A program made the position numbers and the translations under genes. A model generated the notes under the pieces. That model was not told the DNA's origin. It made no database searches and worked only from the letters and a program-made list of their open reading frames with translations. From Octopus sinensis (Eukaryota): 64,000 bases of DNA. The stretch spans positions 69,874,001 to 69,938,000 of the forward strand of contig NC_043002.1 of assembly GCF_006345805.1 (NCBI RefSeq), in the 5' to 3' direction. Shown here one piece after another: positions 38,598 through 50,680 of the stretch (within the stretch, counting starts at the first letter, position 1; the number at the start of each line of letters is the position of its first letter).

Positions 38598-38731
38598 GAT
38601 TCCGTGATGGTAGATGTGTCGAAACAATTGTGATTCATAATAAAAATTCTCGTATATTCAATCTTCCGTCTTTCATTTGCCATATACATATAATATATAT
38701 ATATATATATACATATACACACATACATATA

Positions 38732-38780
<49 letters not shown>

Positions 38781-38798
38781 TATATATATATAGATATA

Positions 38799-38870
<72 letters not shown>

Positions 38871-38874
38871 ATAT

Positions 38875-38906
<32 letters not shown>

Positions 38907-38929
38907 AAAACATATACATCTATATATAC

Positions 38930-38960
<31 letters not shown>

Positions 38961-39003
38961 AAAACATATACATCTATATATACATATGTATATATATATG
39001 TAT

Positions 39004-39927
39004 ATAAAATTAGTAATGCAATACGAGAGTATTGCTTTCCAGTAAAGAATAGCCCGTGAGGGAAAATTATACATAGAAGTAAATATATGGCACAACGAAG
39101 TACCGATATTTACTGGAAATAGCGAACGTAATAATACGACGCTAATGTATAGCTTCACCGCGTATGTACTAGCAAAAATGCGTAAGTGCAACAAACTTGA
39201 AAAAAATTGTCTTACCTCCAGGGAGAACATCTGAAAAATGAAATACCTAGAAAAGGATAATGTGGGACCGGAGCCGGTTTCAGATTTTTCAAGATATGCC
39301 TGCACACATATACTTGATCTATCTTCATCAGCCAAACTTATACCACGACAACATTTCTGATGTTACCACATTAATGCCAATACATTTTTTGCTAGTACAT
39401 ACGCGGTGTAGCTATACATTAGCGTCGTATTATTACGTTCGCTATTTCCAGTAAATATCGGTACTTCGTTGTGCCATATATTTACTTCTATGTATAATTT
39501 TCCCTCACGGGCTATTCTTTACTGGAAAGCAATACTTTCGTATTGCATTACTAATTTTATTGAAACTTCTTCACCGTTCTCGTTCTGTTAGCGTTTTGGC
39601 GTTTCAGTCGAGTGTATCGGCATTAATGTGGTAGCATCTGAAATGTTGTCGTGGTATATGTTTGGCTGATGAAGATAGATCAAGTATATGTGTGCAGGCA
39701 TATCTTGAAAAATCTGAAACCGGCTCCGGTCCCACATTATCCTTTTCTAGGTATTTCATCTTTCAGATGTTCTCCCTGGAGGTAAAACAATTTTTTTCAA
39801 GTTTGTTGCACTCACGCATTTTTGCTAGTACATACGCGGTGAAGCTATACATTAGCGTCGTATTATTACGTTCGCTATTTCCAGTAAATATCGGTACTTC
39901 GTTGTGCCATATATTTACTTCTATGTA

Positions 39928-39929
<2 letters not shown>
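39004..39929. repeat. Compound fold-back (nested inverted repeats) flanked by (TA)n
   Basis: 39004-39178 is the reverse complement of 39386-39560 (175 nt, ~2 mismatches); 39068-39378 is the reverse complement of 39619-39929 (311 nt, few mismatches). Confidence 0.9.
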
Positions 39930-40022
<93 letters not shown>

Positions 40023-40080
40023 TATATATATATATACACACACATACACACACACACATACACACATACACACCACACAC

Positions 40081-40135
<55 letters not shown>

Positions 40136-41251
40136 ATATATATATGTGTGTGAGTGTGTGTGTGATTATATGGCTATGTGGTTAAGAAGCTCGATTTGCA
40201 ACTTCGTGGTTTCGGGTTCAGTCCTATCGCAGGACGTTATAGCTTCCATAGACTTGGACCGATTAATACTTTCTGAGTGAATTTGATAAACGGAAATAGT
40301 GAGGGAACTCGCCGTATGCATACATACATACATACATACATACATACATACATACATACATACATACATACATACATACATACATCATACATACATACAT
40401 AAATACATGCATACATGCATGCATACATACATGCATACTTAGATGCATGCATGTATATATACAAACATACATACATGCATACATACGTATATACATGCAT
40501 ATATGCATACATACATATATGCATACATACATATATGCATAAATGTATACATACATACATGTATACAGGCTTTGTTAGTAAATGCTTAAATGATAATCTG
40601 GATAAATTGGGATCAGTAAAAGAAACTGACCGGCTGATTCGTATATAACAAGTCCAATCTGTAAGTGGAACAGTAAAAATATGCAAGAATTTTTTCAAGT
40701 TCCAAATGTGAAGGAGCCCTGTATTTCTATTGGAAACTGGTTCCCTCCTCAGTTGAAGATTTATAATAATTGAAAAATAGAAGAGAATACATACATACAT
40801 ACATACATACATACATACATACATCATACATACATAATACATGCATACATGCATGCATACATACATGCATACTTAGATGCATGCATGTATATATACAAAC
40901 ATACATACATGCATACATACGTATATACATGCATATATGCATACATACATATATGCATACATACATATATGCATAAATGTATACATACATACATGTATAC
41001 AGGCTTTGTTAGTAAATGCTTAAATGATAATCTGGATAAATTGGGATCAGTAAAAGAAACTGACCGGCTGATTCGTATATAACAAGTCCAATCTGTAAGT
41101 GGAACAGTAAAAATATGCAAGAATTTTTTCAAGTTCCAAATGTGAAGGAGCCCTGTATTTCTATTGGAAACTGGTTCCCTCCTCAGTTGAAGATTTATAA
41201 TAATTGAAAAATAGAAGAGAATACATAATTACATACATACATACATACATA

Positions 41252-41806
41252 CATGGTGGCTGCCCCCTTGTTATCGAGTATGGCCATTGTATGAAGCTTA
41301 ATCAATGTTGTTATCGTGCAAAGCCTGTGCAAGAAGATTTTTTTAAAGTGAGGAAAGGCTGTGCACTGAATCAATCTCACTCACTAAGCAACAGCAGCCA
41401 TAATCCGAAAAGAAGAACAAGTCAACATCATCGTGAACCACTGAGCCGCAGGTTTTATGTCGGAGTTATCCCAGTTACCTGAGTTACCTTCTCCTAGATG
41501 GTCGTCCTAACAAAGGCTAGGAGTCCTTCACTCCCAATGGTTTAACCGCGCGATCGGGTATTCAGTCCGATTATTTCTACGTCCCCGCGCACGATATAGC
41601 CTTAAGACATTTCTTGGATGGCCGTTGACTCTCAAGAGTTCCTCCGCCCCTTGGCGGGTTTTGTTTTTCATCCCGCAGAGTGTCCAATAAACACCCTCCT
41701 CACCAAGCAAGCTTGGTGGGGTTGCCGGTTTAGTCGCCGTCGACCCGACCATGCAACAGGTTGCACTGGGTTACATGTTACCAGTAGCACTCGAAAGTGA
41801 CCTGAC
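41252..41806 (-). mobile_element. ~555-bp non-coding element with RTE-type 5' UTR, inserted in (CATA)n
   Basis: Contains ccttctcctagatggtcgtcctaacaaaggct, which resembles RTE 5' UTR motifs (from recall). It interrupts the third tandem copy and has no RT ORF. Confidence 0.55.
41725..41802 (-). ncRNA. Candidate HDV-like ribozyme (slightly decayed)
   Basis: Minus-strand order: P1 GGTCAC, J1/2, P2 CCAGT, P3 GCA, L3 ACCTGT, P3' TGC, P1' ATGGTC, GGG, P4 TCG-ACGG-CGA, J4/2 CTAA, P2' ACCGG. P2 has one A:C mismatch; P1 has two G:U pairs and one mismatch. Confidence 0.55.
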
Positions 41807-42112
41807 ATAACATACATACATGTATACAGGCTTTGTCAGTAAATGCTTAAAGGATAATCTGGATAAATTGGGATCGGTAAGAGAAACTGACCGGCTGATT
41901 CGTATATAACAAGTCCAATCTGTAAGTGGAACAGTAAAAATATGCAAGACTTTTGTCAAGTTCCAAATGTGAATTTGTCTACGTTAACTACATCCCAAAC
42001 ATGAAGCCTTGTATCTTTGTTGGAAACTGGTTCCCTCCTCAGTTGAAGATTTATAATAATTGAAAAATAGAAGAGAATACATACTACATACATACATACA
42101 TACATACATACA

Positions 42113-42212
42113 AATCCCAAAACACCAATTATTATTGGTACAAACGTGAATTTATAATCTGGGTATAGTAACCGGAGGCTTCGAATCGAAGTAGCTATCG
42201 TCTTCCTTTCTA
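42113..42212 (-). mobile_element. R4/Dong-type RLE fragment in inverted orientation
   Basis: Minus frame ERKTIATSIRSLRLLYPDYKFTFVPIIIGVLGFV, flanked by microsatellite on both sides. Confidence 0.7.
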
Positions 42213-42559
42213 TGTATGTATGTATGTATGTATGTATGTATGTATGTATGTATGTATGTATGTATGTATGTATGCGTGTACGTATGCATGCATGCATGCA
42301 TCTATGTATGTGTGTATATATGCATGTAAGTATGCATGTATGTAGGTGTATGTGTGTGTGTGTGTGTATATTTGTGTGTGTGCGAATGTGTGCTTTGGTA
42401 TTTATAAGTAGGTGTAAGACGGTGTTTCTTTTCATGTACGTCCATTAGCGCCAGTCATTCGATGAATGAATATTTATAAAATATTTATGTAACAGACCAT
42501 ACATTGTTCGATATTATCGAACCTCCAACTCAAGGTCGCAATATAACCGCATCCTAAAG

Positions 42560-42920
<361 letters not shown>

Positions 42921-43202
42921 AGTGTTTTCTCTCAACAACTAAACCTATTATAATATAATCAGAGACATTCCAGTTGTAAACAACCAATCGTTTTATCACC
43001 CCGCCCCGCCATTTATGTTGTATCATGGTGACAGCTTTCTTTATAACAGCTGGGTATGATTTGAAGAAGATTTGGCTGCTAATTCCAGCAGGCCATGCGA
43101 CCATATGAAGCTCCCGCGTTTAACAGGTCGGGTAATCAAGTAGATAGAGAGGGTGGGATTGGGGGGGGGGCATAAAAGAGAGACAAAGAGAAAGAAGAGA
43201 GA

Positions 43203-43438
43203 AACAGGATAAGAAATGGAGAAAGGAAGGGGAGCTGCTTCATGGCTTCTTAGTTTATCCAATGATCACAGTTTTTTCTAAAATGCTACGTTGCAAGTAG
43301 TTTCTGGACGTACCACAAGCATCTAAAAATACAAATTAAGGTAACAGAAAATCCATACAAAGAGTTAAGTTGTCGCTGATAAACTTCCAGAACCAGACTG
43401 ACTGACTCTTCTCTAGTATCGGCAAAGTCTGTCTGTCT
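43203..43438. repeat. Inverted duplicate of 51861-52097
   Basis: ~235-nt reverse-complement match with only a handful of mismatches. Confidence 0.9.
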
Positions 43439-43463
43439 GTCCCTCTGTCTGTCTATCTGTCTG

Positions 43464-43531
<68 letters not shown>

Positions 43532-44548
43532 ATCTCTCTCTCTGTCTCTTTATATATATATATATATATATATATCGGCGCAGGAGTGACTGTGTGGTTG
43601 GTAGCTTGCTTACCAGCCACATGGTTCCGGGTTCAGCTCAACTGCATGGCACCTTGGGCAAGTGTCTTCTACTGTTGCCTCGGGCCGACCAAAGCCTTGT
43701 GAGTGGATTTGGTAGACGGAAACTGAAAGAAGCCCGTCGTATATATGTATATATATATGCGGTGCTCCAGCATGGCCGCAGCCAAATGACTGAAACAAGT
43801 AAAAGAGTATCTATCCGTCTGTCTGTCTGACGCACGAGCCTGGTAAAGGTTGCTTATGGAAGACCGGCAGTCACACGTCCAACCTCTCCTCTCCATGCTA
43901 CCGATGTTATCCAACGGAAAGGCAAAGACCGATACAGTTTGGCACCAGTGACGTCGCAGCTCATTTCTACAGTTGAGTGAATTGGAGCAACGTGAAGTAA
44001 AGTGTCTTATATTTCTTTATTGCTCACAAGGGGCTAAACATAGAGGGGAAGCCAGAAAAAAGGCCTTTTTCGTTTGTTTTTCTCGTTTGTTTTCTTGTTT
44101 ATTTTGATTTCTCGTATTGTATTTTCTTTTTATTTCTCGTTTTGTAATTTCTTGTACCTGTATTTTTATCTTGTATTTTATTGTGTAGTTTTATTGTTAC
44201 GTCCTGTTTGTGTTACATTTTTTTCGTGCTTGTTTTACCCCTCTGCGAGGTAATTTTATTTTAATTCTCTCGCCGGAAGGCCTAGTATTGACGAGTCGTG
44301 TCCTGTCTTGCCTTCGAAACACGCTTAAGTTTTCCTTGTGTAGCATGTCCTGTACTCTGTTTTTCTGTTGTAAAAAAATGGCGTTTCCGTTTTCGTTTCT
44401 GTTGAGTTCTACGTCTATTTGTGGTGTCCTGTATTTACGTATATATATTTATATATGCATGTATATATACATGTAGATGTAGGTACGTACACATATGTTT
44501 GTATGTATGCATATATTTTATTTATTACACTATATATATATATATATA

Positions 44549-44635
<87 letters not shown>

Positions 44636-46595
44636 ATACCTTCTCCTCGACTTACGACCGAGTTCCGTTCCGACGGATGGGTCGTAATTCGGTCTGGTCG
44701 TATGTCGGGTTTATATTTTTTAACATTATTTTCATTCAAACACAACTAATGCTTGAAAGTAACTGAGTGAGAGACAGTGATGGGCAGTGGATGCCTAGGT
44801 CTGAGGGAGACCTGCGTTGCCCGATGCTGCCCCAGTTATCGTACGCTCAATTGTCCAACGTCCAAAAATCGATTTATTCATTTATTTATTTCTCTATCTT
44901 TTTAGTTGTGGGACCATAAGCACACAGACATAACTTGTTGTCAAGAGGTAAAGAGGATAAAAAGCAAAGACATGCAGATATGAGTGTGTCCGATGGGAAT
45001 CTGTTGTGGCGGACGCCCCCAGGCGAGAAGTGGGTTGGTCCACTATTAATAAATAGTGAACTGACACAGTCAGTAGTGTCGGTCGGCGAAGGTACGCCGT
45101 TCGGACCAGTCCCGTAGACACGACGAAGTAAGTCGCCATCATAAGACATATCAGTGGCAACGAGGGTTCGGACAATATTGCCACATGGGACATATCAGAT
45201 TACACAGAGTTTCCTTCAACCAAATCCTCTCACAAAGCATTGATGGGCCAGGAGCTATAGTAGAAGACGCTTACTCGCTTGGGATGTCGTGCCATGATAT
45301 TGAACTCGAAACCACGTGTTTGCGAACGGACATCTTAACCACTCTGTCGTGATTGCACCTTGATTACCTCTGTTTTGGCTTATTTTCCCCCCGTCAGCGT
45401 CTCCTCATTTAATGTGAAGAAAAAAGAAGAAGAAGAAGAAGAAGAAGAAGAAGAAGAAGAAGAAGAAGAAGAAAGAAGAAGAAGAAGAAAAGAAAGAAAG
45501 AATGAATGAATGAATGAAACAAACAAACAAACAAGCAAACAAACTGATACATTGATATTTTCTATTCTGTTTTTTTCTGAACAGTTATCTCTAGATTTCC
45601 GTTCTTAGTTCGATATATTAAGTATATTTTAATCTGCTTCTGTAGTTACGTTACTGATTAGCTTTCCAAGGACTTTCTTTTCTTAGAGTTTACAACAACG
45701 ACGAGCTCTCTCTCTCTCTCCCTTTCTCTCTGTCTTCGTGCGTATGTATGTATGTATGTATGTGTGTGTATGCGTGAGTGTGTGCTACGTAGATAGGCGC
45801 GTTTTTTTTCTTTTGTGAATGCGCGAGTTTGTTAAGTACGCTAAACAAATAGACTTTGTAATGCACAATCTATTAGACTAGATTTTACAACCTACATTGA
45901 TAACAATGACTACAACAGCCGCAGTGGAGGCGCAATGGCCCAGTGGTTAAGGCAGCGGACTCGCGGTCGCAATAACGCAGTTTTTATTCCCAAACCGGGC
46001 ATTTTGAGTGTTTATTGAGCAAAAATACCTAAGCTCCACGAGGCTCCGGCGGGGGTGGTGGTGAACCCCGCTGTACTCTTTCACCACAACTTTCTCTCAC
46101 TCTTTCTTCCTACTTCTACCACAAAAGAGAGGAACCATGGTGTAACCCACTATGGAGTGGTAAAACTTTCAGACCCTAGTCTAGATTGCGAATCCTCTGT
46201 ACCCCAGGATGGTTCAGCTCTCCACCCGTTAAAAACCACCGTTTACGGAATGAGGATAACAACGTAGCTTTCGCGCCCGTGCAACCCCGCCAGTCTATCG
46301 CGTGTGGTGGGCGGATCTTCAAGTTGCCACACGCATTCTTAGCAGCGGTAGCAGTTACAACGATAACAACGACGACAGGGTCAGAAGCATCCGCTACTAA
46401 ATGCTTCATAACCAACCATAACAACAACGACAATCTTGGTAGACTCAACAAGAATTCGCTTTAAATGAGCATTCACAGAGTCCGTTTGCAAACTGCATCA
46501 TTTTTTATTGAATGCGTTCCCACTCTTTACCCACCCCAGCACACTCTCACACGCATACACACACACACATACATACACAAACACATACATACATA

Positions 46596-47190
46596 GGGCG
46601 AGTTGGCAGAAACGTTAGCACGCCAAGCGAAATGCTTAGCAGTATTTCGTCTGCTGTTATGTTCTGAGTTCAAATTCCGCCGTGGTCGAATTTGCCTTTC
46701 ATCCTTTCGGGGTCGATAAATTAAGTACCAGTTACGCACTCGGATCGAAGTAATCGACTTAATCCCTTTGTCTGTTCTTGTTTGGCCCCTTGTGGGCAAT
46801 AAAGAAATAGGTATTTCGTCTGCCGTTACGTTCTAAGTTCAAATTCCACCGAGGTCGACTTTGCCTTTCATCCTTTCGGGGTCGATAAATTAAGTACCAG
46901 TTACGCACTGAGGTTAATCGACCCCAGTGCATAACTGGTACTTAATTTATCGACCGCGAAAGGATGAAAGACAAAGTCGACCTCGGCGCAATTTGAACTC
47001 AGAACGTAGCGGCAGACGAAATACTTCTAAACATTCCATCCGGCGTACTAAGGTTTATGCCAGCCCACCGCCTTTTAAAAAATGAAAGGCAAAGTCGACT
47101 TCGGCGGAATTTGAACTCAGAACGTAGCGGCAGACGAAATAGCGTCAAGTATTTCATCCAGCGTGCTAACCTTTCTGCCAGCTCGCCGCC
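46596..47190. mobile_element. Cluster of four SINE-B copies (+,+,-,-) containing a tight hairpin
   Basis: 46811-46913 and 46922-47024 are inverted (about 95/103 paired) with an 8-nt spacer. Confidence 0.9.
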
Positions 47191-48367
47191 ATTGGCTGTG
47201 ATAAGCTCTGGTACTCACCAAAGGGTTATATTTACATACCATATAGGTCATGGGGTCGATTTGTTCGAATAAAACCCTTCAAGATGGTGCTCCAACATGT
47301 CCGAAGTCAAATGATTGAAGCAAGTAAAAGAAATTTAAAAAATACAAGAAATACCAAAATAAAGTTAGCATTTCTGGAAACTTAAGCCAAGATTCTTTTC
47401 TCTCTTTAAAGATCGTCTGTCTAAAGATATAACCGTGTACTACGTTTGCTTGCAATGACATTAAAAGACATTTCGCTCACAACTCCGATTAACACTGACA
47501 TTTCACCTTCAGTATTTGCACTATTAGAGATACAACAAATATGCTAAACGGATATACAATTTCAATATCCCTTTCTGATATATACGCAAAAAGAAAGAAT
47601 AGGCAACTGAAAGAACACGCGTGTTTATGTGTGTGTATGGATGATGGGTGTGTGTGCATATATATATATATTACACTTTTACTCTGTTTTATTCTTTCAG
47701 TCATTTTGACTGCGACCATGCTGGAGCACTGCCTTTAGTCGAGCAAATCGGCCCCAGATCTCATTCATTGTAAGTCTAGTACTTTTTCTATCGGTCTCTT
47801 TTGCCGAACCGCTAAGTTACAGGAACGTAAACACACCAGCATCGGTTGTCAAGTGATGTTGGAGGGACAAACACATACACACATATACATATATATACAT
47901 ATACGACGGGCTTCTTCCAGTTTCCGTCTACTAAATCCACTCACAAGGCTTTGGTCGGTCCGAGGCTATAGTAGAAGACACTTGCCCAAGGTGCCACGCA
48001 GTGGGACTGAACCCAGGACCATGTGGTCGGAAAGCAAGCTACTTACCACACTAACACTCCTGCGCCTGTGTTATATATGAATATAAAATATAAAGATAAT
48101 ATTATTAATGAATAATAATATTAGTGACCAGCAAGCATAAAACCATATAGGCAAATTTATAAAATTAGGTAACTTGAGAGTACCAGTTTTGCTAGAAATA
48201 TGAGTCAGATAGAATTACGAAGCCACATAAATCCCACTAAAATGTTCACAACCATAGTGAAAGCGGGCGGCGAATAAATTATAGCCCTTACCTTTGCGAA
48301 AGCCGCAAAAAAAATGGCAGATAACTTAATATCATAAGATTTTAAACTTTGTGTTTACTGGAAATAG

Positions 48368-50079
48368 TATATCACTAGCTTATCACCGTTCTCCATCCCA
48401 GTCACTGAAGATCCAACTCATAGCTGCCAAGAAGAATCTTGATAAGGCTTACTTGAACGCCGAGGTCGACTTTATCAATGGCAAAATTAGTAAACTATCC
48501 AAAGAGCACATTAGTAAAAAACACCATCTCACCTGGAAATCCATCAAAGACCTATCAGGCAAAAATTCTGGGTCATCAATTAGAATTAAAGGGGGATCAG
48601 CTAAGAAGCGTTTAGAAAATTGGTCAACCCATTTTAAAAACCTCCTTGAGAAGAATGCCAAAATTCCTGATAACCCCACTCTTCCAAGTGTGCCTATATC
48701 AGACATGCTGGACATCAACACCTCCCCTTTTACCATATTTGAACTAACAGCAGCCACCAAGCAACTAAAAGCCTCGAAAGCATTTGGTCCCGACAACATC
48801 CCAGCTATAATTTGGAAGGATGATAGATTTCACACACTTTTGCTCAACCTCTGCAACCACACACTTTCCACCTTTGTCACTCCAAAGATTTGGCACCAAT
48901 CTCAAATCATCCCAATACCCCAAAAAGGCGATTTATCCCTCGTCACCAACTACAGGGGTATATCTCTAATGTCAATTGCTGCAAAACTGTACAACAAACT
49001 GATCCTAAATCGTCTTGTCCTTTTCGTTGAACCTTTGCTCCGAAAGAACCAAAATGGATTCAGACATGGGCGCTCAACGCTGAGCCAGATACTATGCCTA
49101 CGCAGACTTATTGAAGAATCAAAAGCATTTAATCGCGATCTTGCAATGGTATTTGTAGACTTTTCTAAAGCGTTCGATTCTGTAGATAGGTACAAGATGT
49201 TTGAAATCCTTAACCTCTATGGGATACCAGACAAAATCATTTCTGCCATCAAGGTCCTCTACACAGATACGTCTTCAACCATCTTAACCCCTGACGGAGA
49301 AACTGACAGACACTGACTTTGCTGACGACATCGCTCTTATCAGTGATTCTCTCTCCAATGCCCAGTCTCTTTTACAATCTCTTGAACAAGCCTCAAATTG
49401 TGTAGGTCTTTACCTCAATGAGGCCAAGACTGAATACATAAACAAGTGCCCGTCCAACAGTGATTGCATCATCCATACTCTCAACAATGCGCCCTTAAAT
49501 ATAGTTTCTGATTACAAATATCTTGGGTCATACATATCATCATCTGGAAAAGACTTTCTAACTAGAAAGGGTATGGCCTGGTCAGCCTGTAATGACATGC
49601 ATAAGATCTGGTCATCAAATCTAAGTAGAGACTTCAAACTTGAAATCTGCAAAGCCACAGTCGAACCAATTCTACTATATGGCTCAGAAACCTGGACGTT
49701 ATCAAAGAAGCTTGTGAGGCGGTTGGATGGAACTTACACTCGCCTCCTTATGGAAGCTCAAAATCTCTCGTGGAAGCGCCATCCAACCAAAATGCAAATA
49801 TATGGGAAACTACCACCTGTGTCATCTCTTGTGAAAGGTAAGAGAGTCCAGTTTGCTGGACATTGTTGTAGAGCTGAAAAAGAGGTAATTTCTACTCTTC
49901 TCCTCTGGAAGCCATCTACTCGCAATACCAGAGGGCGCACACTCTCCTACCCTGATGTAATCTCCAGGGATACAGGCATCCAGCAACAGGACCTCCGTAA
50001 TGCCATGATGGACCGTGAAGTCTGGCGTAGCATGGTAAATTCCATTGTCTCGACCACGGTCGAACAATGATAATGATGA
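48368..50079 (+). mobile_element. 5'-truncated RTE-clade LINE, RT pseudogene with internal deletion, 9-bp TSD
   Basis: RT motifs NYRGISL, QNGFRHGRST, FVDFSKAFDSVDR, DFADD, YKYLGS, LLYGSETW. Short TGA-type tail. TGGAAATAG is duplicated at 48359-48367 and 50080-50088. Confidence 0.92.
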
Positions 50080-50459
50080 TGGAAATAGCAGTCGATAAAT
50101 TTACGACGCTACAGTAAAGCTTCACTGCGTATATACTGGCAAAGACGTGTGCGGGCAGCGAACATAGAAAATTTCGTCTTACCTCTAGGAAGAAAATTAG
50201 ATAAATGGACAACCCAGAATAGGATATATATATGGGCGGGGGTGCGCGTGCGCGTGTGTAAGAAGCGTGTTTATAATTATGAATAAATCACTGATTCATT
50301 TATAATTATAAACACTCTTTTATGAAATTTATGATTACATGTCAACGAAGAGCCCTTGACTACAACAAGACGACCAAAGTTTTTTTTCCCAAGGTCTGGG
50401 GTCTCCCGCCCCTAAGCCCTAGACCATCACCTAATCACCCTTACCCGTCTTGTTGCTTA

Positions 50460-50680
50460 ACAACAACAACAGAAACAGCACCAGCACCAGCACCACCACC
50501 AGCACTAGCACCAGCAGCACCAGCAGCAGCACCACCAGCGCCACCACCACCACCACCATCACCAGCAGCAGCAGCAGCACCACCACCACCACCAACAACA
50601 ACACCACCACCACCACCACCACCACCACCAACAACAACAACACAACAACAACAACAGCAACACTCTCAGCAACAAGAAAG
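50460..50680. repeat. Compound (CAA/CAG/CAC)n tract
   Basis: Seen directly. Confidence 0.9.

Larger units (their letters stand above)
40390..42090 (+). repeat. 434-bp tandem duplication containing an R4/Dong-type 3' end (40566-40790, 41000-41222) plus a third related copy (41826-42078)
   Basis: Identical ORFs at 40415 and 40849 (period 434). Translation GFVSKCLNDNLDKLGSVKETDRLIRI*QVQSVSGTVKICKNF. Confidence 0.85.

Noticed and set aside
44649-44745. Minus-strand ORF ending in a perfect GTAAGT donor
   Set aside because: The donor is part of short inverted repeats (gacttacgacc/ggtcgtatgtc) typical of Tigger-like terminal sequence, and no acceptor is present.
44886-45193. Overlapping 60-99-aa ORFs in a GC-richer patch
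   Set aside because: No recognisable motif or convincing splice sites; open frames are expected by chance at this GC content. Left unannotated.
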